Of a stretch of 64,000 nt of DNA, positions 39,001 to 51,912 are shown one piece after another. The position numbers were made by a program, and so were the translations under genes. This DNA comes from Macrostomum lignano. Taxonomy: Eukaryota. Every line of letters begins with the position of its first letter. Position 1 is the stretch's first letter. A model generated the notes under the pieces. It was not told where the DNA came from, did not search any database, and worked only from the letters and a program-made list of their open reading frames with translations. The stretch spans positions 38,855 to 102,854 of the forward strand of contig NIVC01002490.1 of NCBI GenBank assembly GCA_002269645.1, written 5' to 3'.

Positions 39001-41297
39001 ACAGCTGGAGTCCCGACTACTATGCCAACCCCACCGGCTACCACAGCATCGCCTGGCCCTACATGGTCAAGGCCAACATTCTGATCAACGGCATGTACTG
39101 GGACAACCGCTGCGGCCCGTTGCTCACCATCGAGCAGATGTGCCAGCCGGAGATGGCCGTCCGACTGATTGGCGACATCACCTGCGACATCGCCCCGGTG
39201 GCCTCGCTGCCCTGCACTGTGCGGCCCACCGTTGTGAAGGATCCGGTGAGGAGTGTCAGAGTGTGGGATTGTTACTTCGAGTTTGAGATTTTATAAGACT
39301 CTTTTGGCCCATTAGTTTTGAGTCTGGATGTCGCAAATCCTCGCACCAAAAAATTCAAGAATCCCAATTCTGAGGTTTTAGAATTCCCTTTCCTTAGTTT
39401 AGAACACCATACCGTAGCTAAATTCCCTTCCATACCGTAGCTAATTCCCTTCCATACCGTAGCTAATTCCCTTCCATACCGTAGCTAATTCCCTTCTATA
39501 CCGTAGCTAAATTCCCTCCCATACCATAGTTAAAAATCTACCGTAGTTAGGAATCCCCATACCGTAGTTAACAATCCCCATACCGTAGTTAAGAATCCCC
39601 ATACCGTAGTTAGGAATCCCCATACCGTAGTTAAGAATCCCCATACCGTAGTTAACAATCTACGTTCAACCGTAGTTAGGATCACCATACCATAATTAAG
39701 GATCACCATACCATAGTTAAGGATCACCATACCATAATTAAGGATCACCATACCATAGTTAAGGATCACCATACCATGGTTAAGGATCACCATACCATAA
39801 TTAAGGATCACCATACCATAGTTAAGGATCACCATACCATAATTAAGGATCACCATACCATAGTTAAGGATCACCATACCATGGTTAAGGATCACCATAC
39901 CATAGTTAAGGATCACCATACCATAGTTAAGGATCACCATACCATAGTTAAGGATCATTATACCATAGTTAAGGATCATCATACCATGGTTAAGGATCAT
40001 CATACCATAGTTAAGGATCATCATACCATGGTTAAGGATCATCATACCATGGTTAAGGATCATCATACCATGGTTAAGGATCATCATACCATAGTTAAGG
40101 ATCACCATACCATAGTTAAGGATCATCATACCATAGTTAAGGATCACCATACCATGGTTAAGGATCACCATACCATAGTTAAGGATCACCATACCATGGT
40201 TAAGGATCATCATACCATAGTTAAGGATCATCATACCATGGTTAAGGATCACCATACCATAGTTAAGGATCACCATACCATAGTTAAGGATCATCATACC
40301 ATAGTTAAGGATCACCATACCATGGTTAAGGATCATCATACCATAGTTAAGGATCATCATACCATGGTTAAGGATCATCATACCATAGTTAAGGATCATC
40401 ATACCATAGTTAAGGATCACCATACCATAGTTAAGGATCATCATAACATGGTTAAGGATCACCCTACCCAATTTAAACAGCATACCGTAGCGAAGAAAAT
40501 CCATTGTAAAATTTGATATTTTCGAATCCTCGCCATCTTCTGTCCATAGTAGCAGCAAGAAATTTAACCCGCAGTAGATGGTCTGAGCTACCCAATTCTC
40601 AAACAAAAGACTCGCCCTCTCAAACTGCTGTGAGCAAGTGAATAGCATTTATTGTCGAGTAACTTCGCAGTCCTGAGCAGAAAGGCGGGCTGTTTAGAGT
40701 TTAGAAATGGGGCGACATTGAGTGAACTCAAGCAGTGCTCTCCTTGCTTGTTATTGTCCACGCTCGCCCTGCGTGTTGCGAGCCTGCACTGCCCAGGTGC
40801 TTGGAGTTCGGCTCGCCATCTTGCTTGCTAGCGAGGTCAACCTGCCTGCCCGATCTAATTCAAGCCGTTCCAGATGGAGGTATTAAGAATATGAGCGCAG
40901 TTTCCAGCGCTTTGCACCCACCCATACCGTAGCTTGAGGATCTCAAATTGAATGTGGAATCCTGAGTAAGAATGGCTGCCCGACTTCTCCCAAACCCAAG
41001 GTGCTGACCTTCGACCCGGAGCTCGGTCGCGAGCTGCAGCCAGGCGAGCCGCGTTCAGCCCTTGCCGTTGACGTCATGGCGGTGGACAACCTGCCTAGCG
41101 AGCTGCCTCGGGATGCCTCCCGCGACTTTGGCGACATGATTCTCAACAAGGTGCTGCCGGAGTTCCTCCAGGCGGCTGCTGCTGATGGCAATCAGCGGGT
41201 CAGCCCGGTGCTGGAGGGCGCCACCATCACGGAAGCCGGCAAGCTGACAAGCGTGTTCGCCTACCTGAGCGACTTTGTCAACGCGGCCGAGGACTGA
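36009..41297 (+). CDS. Stand-alone saccharopine dehydrogenase / lysine-ketoglutarate reductase-like enzyme (AlaDh/PNT fold), copy 1; exons 36009-36218, 36593-36950, 38818-39245, 41001-41297
   Basis: IGVLRE...[43 protein letters not shown], Rossmann VVLTGSGRVGTG, INGMYWD, IGDITCDI, VMAVDNLPSELPRDASRDFG, ATITEAGKLT..FAYL.DFV. All introns are GT-AG with matching phases (0,1,0); 430 aa; AATAAA at 41349. Confidence 0.92.
37205..38590. repeat. ~30-31-bp minisatellite (TGCTGAGATGCCAAGGGTCATAGAGGGAAT) in intron 2 of SDH-like copy 1
   Basis: Directly visible, with a decayed 5' edge. Confidence 0.96.
39410..40500. repeat. 21-bp minisatellite (CCATAGTTAAGGATCACCATA) with CCATACCGTAG-type edge variants, in intron 3 of SDH-like copy 1
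   Basis: Directly visible; ORFs 39530..40648 and 39776..40516 are repeat translations. Confidence 0.96.
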
Positions 41298-43012
41298 TTG
41301 ACAACTGGAACTGACCAAGACTTTTAATAACTTTTAATTACTTTTAGTAATAAATTAGTAAAGGTGACGGTGTTTTTCTCATGTTTCTATCACAATTAAT
41401 TATATTTCTCTTGCCTTATCATTTCCACATAGCAATGGGAGTAAAAAAATAAAACAGAAGTTTTACTAAACAACTAATAAAATTCAATTTTTTTCGTCCT
41501 GTTTCTTAGAAACTCCTGTTGCTATGCGGATCGCGCGTTTTCCGGGTTACGGACGTAATAAAAAATCGGTATTGGATGTTTCGTACTATGTTATTATTTT
41601 CTATAGTAATCGAATTGTTATATTGATGAATAAAACATATTTTTTTAATTTTTTAAGTTTTTTGCTACTCCGTGCTAAAGCTTTGTTGTTCTAATCGTAA
41701 CATAAAAATTTAACCTTAGCGTCTTTTTCCCAGCGCTTGCGCTTTTTGTTGTAACCCCGCCGCCCAAGCACTTTATTTTTACGATATTTTTTTGCGATCT
41801 GCATATTGCGTAATTATGGTAGTCAGCTTTTTCGTATTATTATATTTACCAAAACGTGGCCATTTTTCTATCTGCTGATTCACCTACAGTACTTGGCCTT
41901 TTGCTCCTTTACAGTCAGAATATCTCATTGCGCGCTGGCGCCGTTAAATCAGAGACCTGATAAGCTCGTTGAACTATTTCCTCCATCTTTTTGCAAACGC
42001 GGCAAAGATAAAACTTTTATCTAGTTCTTATTAATTGTTATCCTTTTTACACTCTGCGATGACCAAAGTAATATTTTTTTCGGAACTAACATTGCCGTTT
42101 TGAACAGCTTTGTGAATAAAAAACCTCTGCTTGATGTTCCAGCTACTTAGGATCTTCAGGCATAAAATTTTAAAGAATTATCCTTCGTCTTTTTTTGAGT
42201 ATAATATTTGACCTTCATGTAGCAGGTCTCTGAAACATGTTTTGTTGTCTGCAGTCTGCCTCGTGTAACGTAAAGTAGTACATATAATTTTACAAACTGT
42301 CTTAAATCCAACTAGAACTTCAGATATTAAAGCCTTTGGCCATTGGCCGAATTAAATGAACTTGACTGATTAACTGAATTCTTCGAAAATGTAAGCCTAT
42401 TTGAACAGTAAAATAGCCTATAGAATATAGAATATATATATAGAATAAAATGCCTTTTTAACCTCATTAACACCAAAGCCATATTTAATGGATTTAACAC
42501 ATGCCTTAGTTATATAATGCAATTTTCAGACAATTTTTTAGAGCTCACACTTTTGAAAAAATTCCAGATCGTTTAAGCAATATAAAGACAGTGTTGTTTT
42601 GTTTTACTTTACAGTAGAATTACGTATTATATAAAAAATTAAACCTCTAGTTTTCTTCGAACTATCATTACCTTTGTCTGGCTCAACTCAGCATGTAAGA
42701 TTTTAGCACTGCGTCAGCCCTTTCTGAAAACTGTGCCTTAAAATCGTGGTATTATTTTGTTACAATCTTAAAAACCTTTCTTTGATATAGAGAATACTAA
42801 CTCTAGAGGGCTTTTTTATTTACTTGTATGCATTTTATTGACGCAAACAAGGAAACTGGGAAAAACAAGTGGACGTTTTGACTAAAATGCCAGAGACAGA
42901 GGAAAGTAAACTTAGATGTTTTTTCTAAGAAAGAACGTTTTGGATAACACAATTCCATAGGCTTAGTCATAAAGGTGGCCTTTGCTAGGCCTAAAGAAAA
43001 ATTGGTATACTT

Positions 43013-43200
43013 CAGTAGCGCAACCAGAAATTTTTTGAGGGGGCGGATTCTGGAGGGTAAAGTCTTGGGAGGCCCGGAGGGGTGGCTCTGTTTTTGGCAA
43101 AAATTTGCTTGGTCTTCCTTTGATTTTTTTGGGTCTCCACCTAAGGGGGTGACATTTCTAAATTTGCTTCCAAATATGAAAAAAAGCAACAAACCAAAGC
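43013..43200 (+). mobile_element. Possible end of a non-autonomous hAT-like element
   Basis: CAGTAGCGCAACCAGAAATTTTTTGAGGGGGC resembles the common CAG(T/G)GGCG..CCAG..TTTT..GGGGG termini of such elements; I found no partner end. Confidence 0.35.
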
Positions 43201-44918
43201 AATTACAAATGTAAAAGTAATAATATTTCTTTTAAAATAAGAAAGTAAATTAAAAAATAAGAATAGGCTTACAAAATTTTATGGACCTATTTTTTTTACA
43301 ATTGTCAGTTTTTGCAAAAACATATTTAAAAGTTTATATCAAAATCAAGTAAAGTTTGTAAAATTTGGCCTTGAAACCCTTGAGGCATTAAAACTAAATT
43401 CATAAAAACATTCTTTAGGTAATCATTATTTAAGTATAATTATTACTTTTTTTCAAAATGCAAATGCATATAGGCTTAAAGTAAAATTATTGAATTGCAC
43501 AAATATAATATCAGTTATTAGTAATTTATTAGTAATAAATTAAAATTAGTTAGATAAGATATACAAAAATTAATTTCAATTCAAACTTATTTACTCTTTA
43601 CTAAATTTGGTTTTGATAGGTACTAGATAGATATAGTATAAGGCATAAGCCTAGGACAGATATAATCTTGAGAGTCAATTCATATGTATCACTAATTAGA
43701 TGAGGAGGCAATTGTAATTAAATGTGTCAAGTTACTCCCACCACTTTTTGCTTACATTTGGAAACACATTTTGATATTGAAATTTGGATTCAAAATTTTT
43801 TGTGCATTAGTATTTGGTTTTGAAAACTTGTAAAAATCCATATTCAGTCCATTACTAATTCTTACTAAGATCTTCTGTAAGAGTAATGGCATACTTATCA
43901 GTTGGTTTCCAAGATGCTTCCTTTAGCATTCTTTGATAATGGCAAATGCTGGGCAGCTTTCCCTTTTGGCTTCATTCATCTTTATTTAAGTCCCCACTAT
44001 CCTAACCACAGTATTCATATGGTGTCAAAGTCCTAATGTGTGTTGAGAAAATAATGAGTTAACTAATCTAAATTTAGACATGGCCCCACATTAGACATGT
44101 TAAAAAAACTAAGACAAACTAATCTAACTTGAGTTACATTTAATAGTAAGACAGAAGTGGTCAGTATATAGTCAATAAGCAAAGCCTACAACATTTTTTT
44201 TTATATTAAAATTGTGGGGCAGCAGGGGGGTTAAGGCATGCAAAGAGGGGGGGTAGGTTAGCTATGCAAAATGAATGGAGGGTTGGAGTGAGAACAAGAG
44301 GCTAAAGAGGGAGGATTAATCAGAGTGAATAGAGGGTAAGGAAGTCTAGACTGAATTGCACAAGAGAGTAAATAATGAAGAGTGCTAAGTGAATTGAAGG
44401 AGGGCAGAAGTTGCTATACTCTACTATTTGGGGCTTCTGCAATTCACATCCATGCAGGCCAACTCCCAAGATACTTTGGACTATAGATTCTAGATGATTA
44501 GAATGTTATGGCTGCTGGACACCCTATGTATGTGTATGAGTGTGTCTATGTACAGTATATGTGTGCTTGTATATGCTCAGGAGTCAGAAGAATATGCAGA
44601 CTGGTTGTTGGATAGTTGTGGAAAGAGTGCAAATATTTATACTTTTCATCCTAATTGTCCAAAATCACGGGATCCAAATGAACATCTCTATTCGAAACTT
44701 TGTTAATTGTAAAAATATTTGATCCTAGCCATCTTTAAACATATTAGATAAATATTATCTATTATATATTAATAAATATTATCTATTATATATTATTATA
44801 AATATTATGATAAATATTATCATATATCAGATAAATATTATCTTTGCTTGTATTGCTTGACTGACTTGCTTATCTAATTGGCATTCCCACTCCCACAGCA
44901 ACTAACTAATTACACAGA

Positions 44919-46735
44919 ATGTCCAGCACAAACACTGAAGCTAACAATTCTGGTGCTCCAGTCACCATTGGCATCATCCGCGAGACTCTGATTCCTGATG
45001 AGACCCGGGTTCCGCTGACTCCGGCCAACTGTGAGGAGATCCTCTCCCTGTACGGCTCCAGAGTCACTATCCTTGTTGAAAGCTGCCCATTTCGCTGCTA
45101 CAGCGACAAAGAATATTTGGCCGCTGGGGCGAAAATTGTTGAGAAAGCAGTTGGCGCCGACTTCCTGCTCGGAGTGAAGCCGCCTGCTGTGGACACCCTG
45201 CAGCCCGGGGCCACCTACGCCCTGTTCTCGCACACTATTAAGAAGCAGCCTCACAATAGGGATCTGCTGAGAGCTGTCCTGGACAAAGGCATCCGCCTCA
45301 TGGACTGGGAGTGCATGCGCGACGCCCTAGGCATCCGACTGGTAGGATTCGGTCGCTGGGCGGGCATTGTGGGCGCGCACAACACCATGATGGCCTGGGG
45401 CCGGCGCTCTGGCTGCTGCCAGCTGTTCCGGCTGAGGGAGGCGCAGGACTGGGAGGCGGCCAAAAAGCGCTACGCTGATGAGATCAAGCCGGAGATGATG
45501 AGCGGTTTGTGTCTTTGGTTCCTTGAAAACCCAAAAGTTGTCACACGAGACGATTTTCGATTATTTTAATTCAAACGGTTTCTTATTTGGCACCCAGGTA
45601 CGAGGTATTGCATTTCCAAGAAGTTTTTGTCCGGATGAGCCTTTATTTTAGGTCGATTTATTTGCTCCTTATCTTGAAGACATTCCACGTTTAAGCGTCA
45701 ATAATGGGATGTTTCTGCATGTGAAAAGTCGCTAGGTTAAATATTGAATTCTTAAAAAAGACCAGCAATGCTTCCAATATCTGACTTGCCGCGGGAAATT
45801 ATGTTGAACAGATTATTTAGCTAGGGAAAAACTTGAAAATGCCCCTAATACATAAAAAATTGTTGAGACGCCAAGGCTCGCAGGGAGAACTCATGAGATT
45901 AGCAGCAATGCTGGGATGCCAAGGGTCAGTTGGAAGTTGTTGATAGGCGAAGCATCAAAGGTAGGTTAAAAGTTAAGCCATGGCTCAAAGGGAGGCTTTG
46001 AACATCGTTTTCCTAAAGGAACTAACAATTTAGTGACAAAATTGTAAAAGATTGTATAAGGTCGACAGATATATAAGTAGTTAAGTAAAAAAAATTACTG
46101 CTTTTTTGCCTCCCCAACGGGGGGCGCAGGTTGCTAGTCCACTATACTAAAAATCACTTGTCCGTAGGTATCTTCTTTGCACAGTGAAAATCGAAAATAA
46201 GAATCACGCGCAAAGCTCGAAAAGCAGTTCTAAAAGGACTTTCCCGGGACAGCATTCCTTCTGTCACTTTTTGAGCACTTGAGAGCAAGCATCAACTACT
46301 TGAGTCCAGCTTGACGGATCCTCGTGAACTTCAACAAGACAGAATCAAGAAAATAAGAAATTTTCGCGTTTTCAAAAAATACGAACTAAAGCAGTTGCTA
46401 TGGCTCCTGCTTGTACATAGAAAAGTCATTTAATTTTGCTCGTAACGCCAGATCTTCGCGTGGTTGTCACTGGCGACGGTCGGGTTGGCAACGGAGCCTG
46501 CGAACTGCTTAACCTGCTGGGCCTGGAGCGCCTGGCGCCGCAGGACTTTCTGGCCCGCGAGTGGCAGCCGGGGCACGCGGGCACGTATACCCAGCTGCCT
46601 GCGGACTGGCTGTTCCGCAAGGTCTGTTTGCTCACAGGTAGCGGCTGCGGATTCCGCCAGTCTCTAGAGCTGATTCCATGCCTCCTGCTAATTCACCTTT
46701 ATTAGCTTACTGATTCAGTTTAGGGATTTCTACCC

Positions 46736-46792
<57 letters not shown>

Positions 46793-46805
46793 TTGTCTGT
46801 CTGTC

Positions 46806-46860
<55 letters not shown>

Positions 46861-47823
46861 TTGTCTGTCTGTCTTTGTCTGTCTGTCTGTCTGTCTGCCT
46901 TCGTGTATGTGTGCCTGTCTGTCTTTCTGTCTTACTCTATGCCTGTGTCTGTCTGTCTTAGTGTATGTCTGTCTGCCTTTGCCTGTCTGTTTCTATGTCT
47001 GTCTGTCTGTAAGTATATATATCTCTCTCTATCTTCTATCTATCCATAATTCTGTCTGTCTACAAAAGCCTCGCATTAAATCAACATATTCTTGTAAATC
47101 CGGACATTTAGCCAGCGCACAATTGGCTGATTGCGTGACTACTCAAATCGTCCTGGATATTGTTTCTCTGAGTCACTGTCAACCCCGGCTCCGGGCTATA
47201 GCGGAGGAAAACTGGAAACAATCGTAAAAATGCACGAATTTCAGTACATCGAATCTGCCCTGCACCCATCCGCCAAGGGCCCCGAGGCCGGCTGGAGCGT
47301 GGAGTTTTTCTCCGACCCAACCGGCTACCACAGCGTCATTTGGCCGTTCGCCACCAGGGCCAACGTGCTGATCAACGGCATCTTTTGGGACCACCGCTGC
47401 GCCCCGCTGCTCACGCTTGAGGACATGCGCCGGCCCGACTTCGGCATCCAACTTGTCGGCGACATCACCTGCGACATCGCCCCGGTGGCCTCGCTGCCGT
47501 CCACTTTACGAGCCACCACCGTGGACGACCCCATCTTCACCTTCGACCCCAGCAGCGGTTGCGAGCTGCCCTCCGACAATCGAAATATCGACAAAGCCTA
47601 CGTCGACGTGATGTCGGTTGACAATCTGCCGATCGAACTGCCGCGCGATTCGTCCAGCACCTTCGGCGAGCTCCTCCTGCGCCGGGTGGTGCCCGAGATG
47701 CTGCTGCCGCACGTGGCCCCCGGCGGCTGCAGCCGCGTGCTTCAAGATGCCACCATCGCCGAGAACGGCAAGCTGACCTCCGCCTATGCCTATCTGCAGG
47801 ACTATGCCGACGGCGAATGCTGA
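44919..47823 (+). CDS. Stand-alone saccharopine dehydrogenase / lysine-ketoglutarate reductase-like enzyme, copy 2; exons 44919-45504, 46452-46621, 47278-47823
   Basis: [149 protein letters not shown]. Splicing gives WLFRK|GPEAGWS, colinear with copy 1 HLFRLGPDNSWS; 433 aa. Confidence 0.92.
46735..47010. repeat. (TGTC)n microsatellite in intron 2 of SDH-like copy 2
   Basis: Directly visible. Confidence 0.95.
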
Positions 47824-48639
47824 TTGGGCGGGGTCAGCCGTTTGTGCGAGCCTGGTTTGAGCATGGTTGGGGAACTCAATTCAAATCAATAGGACTTTGC
47901 CATTGATGGCTTGTTAATTAATTATGAAAAAATAGTTATCTGAATCTTTGCGTGGGGAGCCTTTAAGTATTTTAGGGGGGGGTTTAGTGTCTCATGGTGA
48001 GATTACATTATCTCAGAGGGAGAGTTAAGTATCTCAAGGTGAGATTACATTATCCCAGAGGGAGATTTCAACAGTATCGCATAGTGAGATTACATTATCT
48101 TAGAGAGAGATTCAAGCATCTCAATGAGATTTTCATGTCCTAGAGTCAGATTGTAGTATTTCGAAGTCTCACCTTGCAGTGCAGATCATTTTTGCTTCTC
48201 TATATCTGGCGGGTGTTGCGCCCCAGTCTCAGGTTGCCCAATCGATTGTTTCGTGTTTCCCTTGCATGCCTTTTGATTTTCCGAAGTGCAGTGTTAGCTT
48301 TTTGCCCCTCGTCAATATGGACGTAGCAGGTTTAGGTTCGGTTTTTGATTGAGCCATGACTAGCACTATATATATTCAGCTGGTTTTGATTAAGGTGTTT
48401 CTTCTTGGGTGTCTCTTTAATCTGAGTAGTCTTGTTTGTTTGCTAAGTATTTTCAAAGTATTCACTTTTTAACAAACTGACTGTTCGTTTTTTGCGCAAG
48501 TCTTTGTTCGTTGTCTTTAGTTCGATCCACACAGTATAAGCGCTTAGCAACGTTCGATTTGCTTCTGTTTACTGCCCGATTCTCTGACTGCACTGTGACT
48601 TACCTTTTCTTAGAAATATAAGAATCGAATAGACTTCCT

Positions 48640-48950
48640 AGAAACTACCAGAATCGAGCTGGTTTTCCTAGAACCTACCAAAAGTGAACTGGTTTTCCTA
48701 GAAACTACCAGAAGTAAACTGGGTTTCCTAGAAGCTACCAGAATTAAACAGGTTTTCCTAGAAACTACCAGAAATGAATTAGTTTTCCTAGAAACTACCA
48801 GAGTTAAACTTGTTTTCCTAGAAACTACCAAAATTGAGCGCTTTTCCTAGAAACTACCAGAAGGGAACTACTTGTTCTAAAAACTACCAGGATTTAACTT
48901 GTTTTTCCTAGAAACTACCACAATCGAGCTGTTTTTCATAGAAACTACCG
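48640..48950. repeat. 30-bp minisatellite with core TTTTCCTAGAAACTACCAG
   Basis: About 10 copies are visible. Confidence 0.92.
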
Positions 48951-49529
48951 TCGTTTTTTAATCGCGTTATCGACAACAAAACAATAACAATCCATGCAAT
49001 TTGCTAATAGAAATATTTTTAACTGCTTTCCTATGACAACACGGCACTAGGTCGGCCTGCTCTTTTTTTCTCCTAGCAATAACCCTGCAGCTTTCGCATT
49101 GATCTGCCCTTCTGTTAACACGATTAGCACCTCTTGCTTAATTTTAATCCCCCAAAGTTACAAAAAATCTTTTCTTTATTCGGTTGAATTCAGTTTTCTG
49201 GGCCACTTCACTTCATTTCGCAGTGCACAGGTTGTTCAAGTGTTCTCCAGCTTGTGCCTGCTGGCAATTATTGAAATGCCCATTTATTTCAGTGGAATAA
49301 TTTTATTTGTCGGTATTCGACATCAATAATAATTATTATTATTGCGATTCTAATTTAGCATCGCCATCTGCTGTCTGGGTGCGGGAAAATTTGAGATTGC
49401 GCTGCACCTGCACTGCATCTCGGAAACTGCTTGGTTTCTCTTTAAATTTCTACTCATTCTCTGTGGGCACTGCTCTGTTATTTCTCATTGTGGTGGGCAG
49501 ATATTTTGTCTCATTGCAGTCTCTATATC

Positions 49530-50220
49530 CACTCCCTTCTCATGTGATCTCTGCTCTCTCCATTTCCATTGTGATCTCTGCTCTCTCCACTTCCATCTCA
49601 TCTCTTCTCTGCTCTCTCCACTTCCATCTCATCTCTTCTCTGCTCTCTCCACTCCCATCTCATCTCATCTCTGCTCTCTCCACTTCCATCTCATCTCTTC
49701 TCTGCTCTCTCCACTCCCATCTCTTCTCTGCTCTCTCCACTCCCATCTCATCTCTGCTCTCTCCACTCCCATCTCATCTCATCTCTGCTCTCTCCACTTC
49801 CATCTCATCTCTTCTCTGCTCTCTCCACTTCCATCTCATCTCTTCTCTGCTCTCTCCACTTCCATCTCATCTCTTCTCTGCTCTCTCCACTCCCATCTCA
49901 TCTCATCTCTGCTCTCTCCACTTCCATCTCATCTCTTCTCTGCTCTCTCCACTCCCATCTCATCTTTGCTTAGCTCTCTCCACTCCCATCTCATCTCATC
50001 TCTGCTCTCTCCACTTCCATCTCATCTCTTCTCTGCTCTCTCCACTCCCATCTCATCTTTGCTCAGCTCTCTCCACTTCCATCTCATCTCTTCTCTGCTC
50101 TCTCCACTCCCATCTCTTCTCTGCTCAGCTCTCTTCACTCCCATCTCTTCTCTGCTCTCTCCACTCCCATCTTATCTCTGCTCTCTCCACTCCCATCTCA
50201 TCTCTGGTCTCTCCACTGGT
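49530..50220. repeat. Pyrimidine-rich repeat (CTCTGCTCTCTCCACTCCCATCTCAT variants)
   Basis: Directly visible; ORF 49307..50305 is mostly this repeat. Confidence 0.94.
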
Positions 50221-51243
50221 CTCATCATCTATGCTATCCACCCGCATTAAATCTTCTCTCATCTACTCTGTTTTCACACATGTCCCTTTTCATCCCTTCA
50301 TTTAATCTTATCAACTTTATCTTTGTTATTTTCCTGAAACTTCTGAAACTTATATACCTGATTTCTTTTTCTGTAAAGCCCAAGCCGTGACTCAGCCAGT
50401 CGGAAATATTTTTGTCTTGCACTGTCGAGTGTCAGTGCAAGGTTGAACTTTAGCCTCACTGCATGGGCTGGCTGGCTGGCTTTGGCATTTACGTAGTAGG
50501 TACGAACTTTATTCTAATTGCACGAAGGCCTGCGGGACAGAAATATATTTTTAGCACTGCTGCACGCTTTGCTTGCGCGCGCGCGCAACACTTTGACCTT
50601 CACGCGTCTGCTTCGGAAACGTAATTCAAAACACGGTGCTGCTGGAGGTGCACATATGTAAGCTACATGAAGTTATACAGTACATGCAAACCTTAATTTT
50701 GACGCACTAAATGTGCGATTATGCAGTTTTTATTGCATAGTAAGTTGGAAAGTTGTAAATGTGTTTATGATGTGGGTTGTCAGAAACAGGTGACGACACT
50801 CATTTACAGTGCGAACTACACTCCTACAGTATGACAAAAGTTACCCAACAGATTTCAGGTTGGAAAATTAACATTTTACAGTGCGTGTAAGATCAAAGTT
50901 TCAGAAACAGACTGCATGGTCTCTTACTCTCTACATGTAGCTCGAAGTGTACGCCAGCTGAGGCTTGGAAACAATTTTGCCTCTACTGCTAGAAAAAATC
51001 CAGCTCAATGGCTAGGTCTGCTGAGAGTGGAAAGGAGGGATCATGATCATAGATATGAGAGATTGGAATCGGCATTAGAGAAAAGAAAAGATGACAACGC
51101 AATTTGTTATATTGCGCGTTGGGGTTATTTAGCGCTGGGGCAAACGAGGTAGTACGGAAATGTCTATGGGTGAACTAAAGCGATTGGAATGTAGAATAAG
51201 AAAGAATTAGAATAAATGAATGCTTTGGTGCTGCTACAATTAG

Positions 51244-51549
51244 CATTAACTGCCCGCTAATTTTGTCCCTCTTTGTCAAGGACAAATGTCTATGGCACAA
51301 TATAGTAATACCCATGCCTTAAGGGCGTTAAAGGGAAAATCAGAGGGCGCCGTTAATGTACTATTAAAGAAGCTTAAAGTATTAAAGTCCTGCAAGCGGG
51401 CTTAAATGTAGTGGGCACGCTAAGTGCCCACACATACATATGTAAGTGCCCAGCGGCACCCGCTGGGCACTTATTCTTGCCTTAATGCCATAGACTACAA
51501 TTAAGCCCGCTTGCAGGAAAGAAATATCAAAATTAGCGGGCAGTTAATG
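51244..51549. mobile_element. Palindromic element with nested inverted repeats
   Basis: Outer perfect 21-bp IR (51244-51264/51529-51549); inner 25-bp IR (51388-51412/51494-51518, 1 mismatch); two internal hairpins (51411-51431, 51443-51473). Confidence 0.75.
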
Positions 51550-51677
51550 ACATTTTAACGCCCGATTGTCTATGTCAAACTTACTTTAGTGCAAATTTAC
51601 ATTTAACGCCCGATCGATTATTCTGTCCCACTTTGTCAAGGACACAAATGTCTATGGCACCACATTTTTTCACCACC

Positions 51678-51895
51678 ACACCTTTTCACCTTCAATTTTG
51701 ATCAAAGTCCAGTTCTAAAAAACTAGCGGAAATTCATGAATTCAGACAATTTAGACTGGGGCCCAGTCTAACCCCAGTTCAAAACATTCTAACCGAAGTA
51801 AGGTTTAGCCATAGACAAAATTATCCTCAGTCTGAATTGAAGTTCCGCTAGTCTTTAGAACTGGACTTTGATCAAAATTGAACGTGAAAAGGTGT
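51678..51895. mobile_element. ~220-bp MITE-like element with ~70-bp imperfect TIRs
   Basis: ACACCTTTTCACCTTCAATTTTGATCAAAGTCCAGTTCTAAA...CTAGCGGAA has its reverse complement ending ...GTGAAAAGGTGT. Confidence 0.8.
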
Positions 51896-51912
51896 ATTAC
51901 CGCCCCATATAA

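Noticed and set aside
36009-47823. Interpreting the SDH-like genes as bacterial contamination or as a split AASS
   Set aside because: Both have GT-AG introns containing host-type satellites; both end in a stop after the LKR-like module; and no glutamate-forming SDH domain exon was found downstream in the window.
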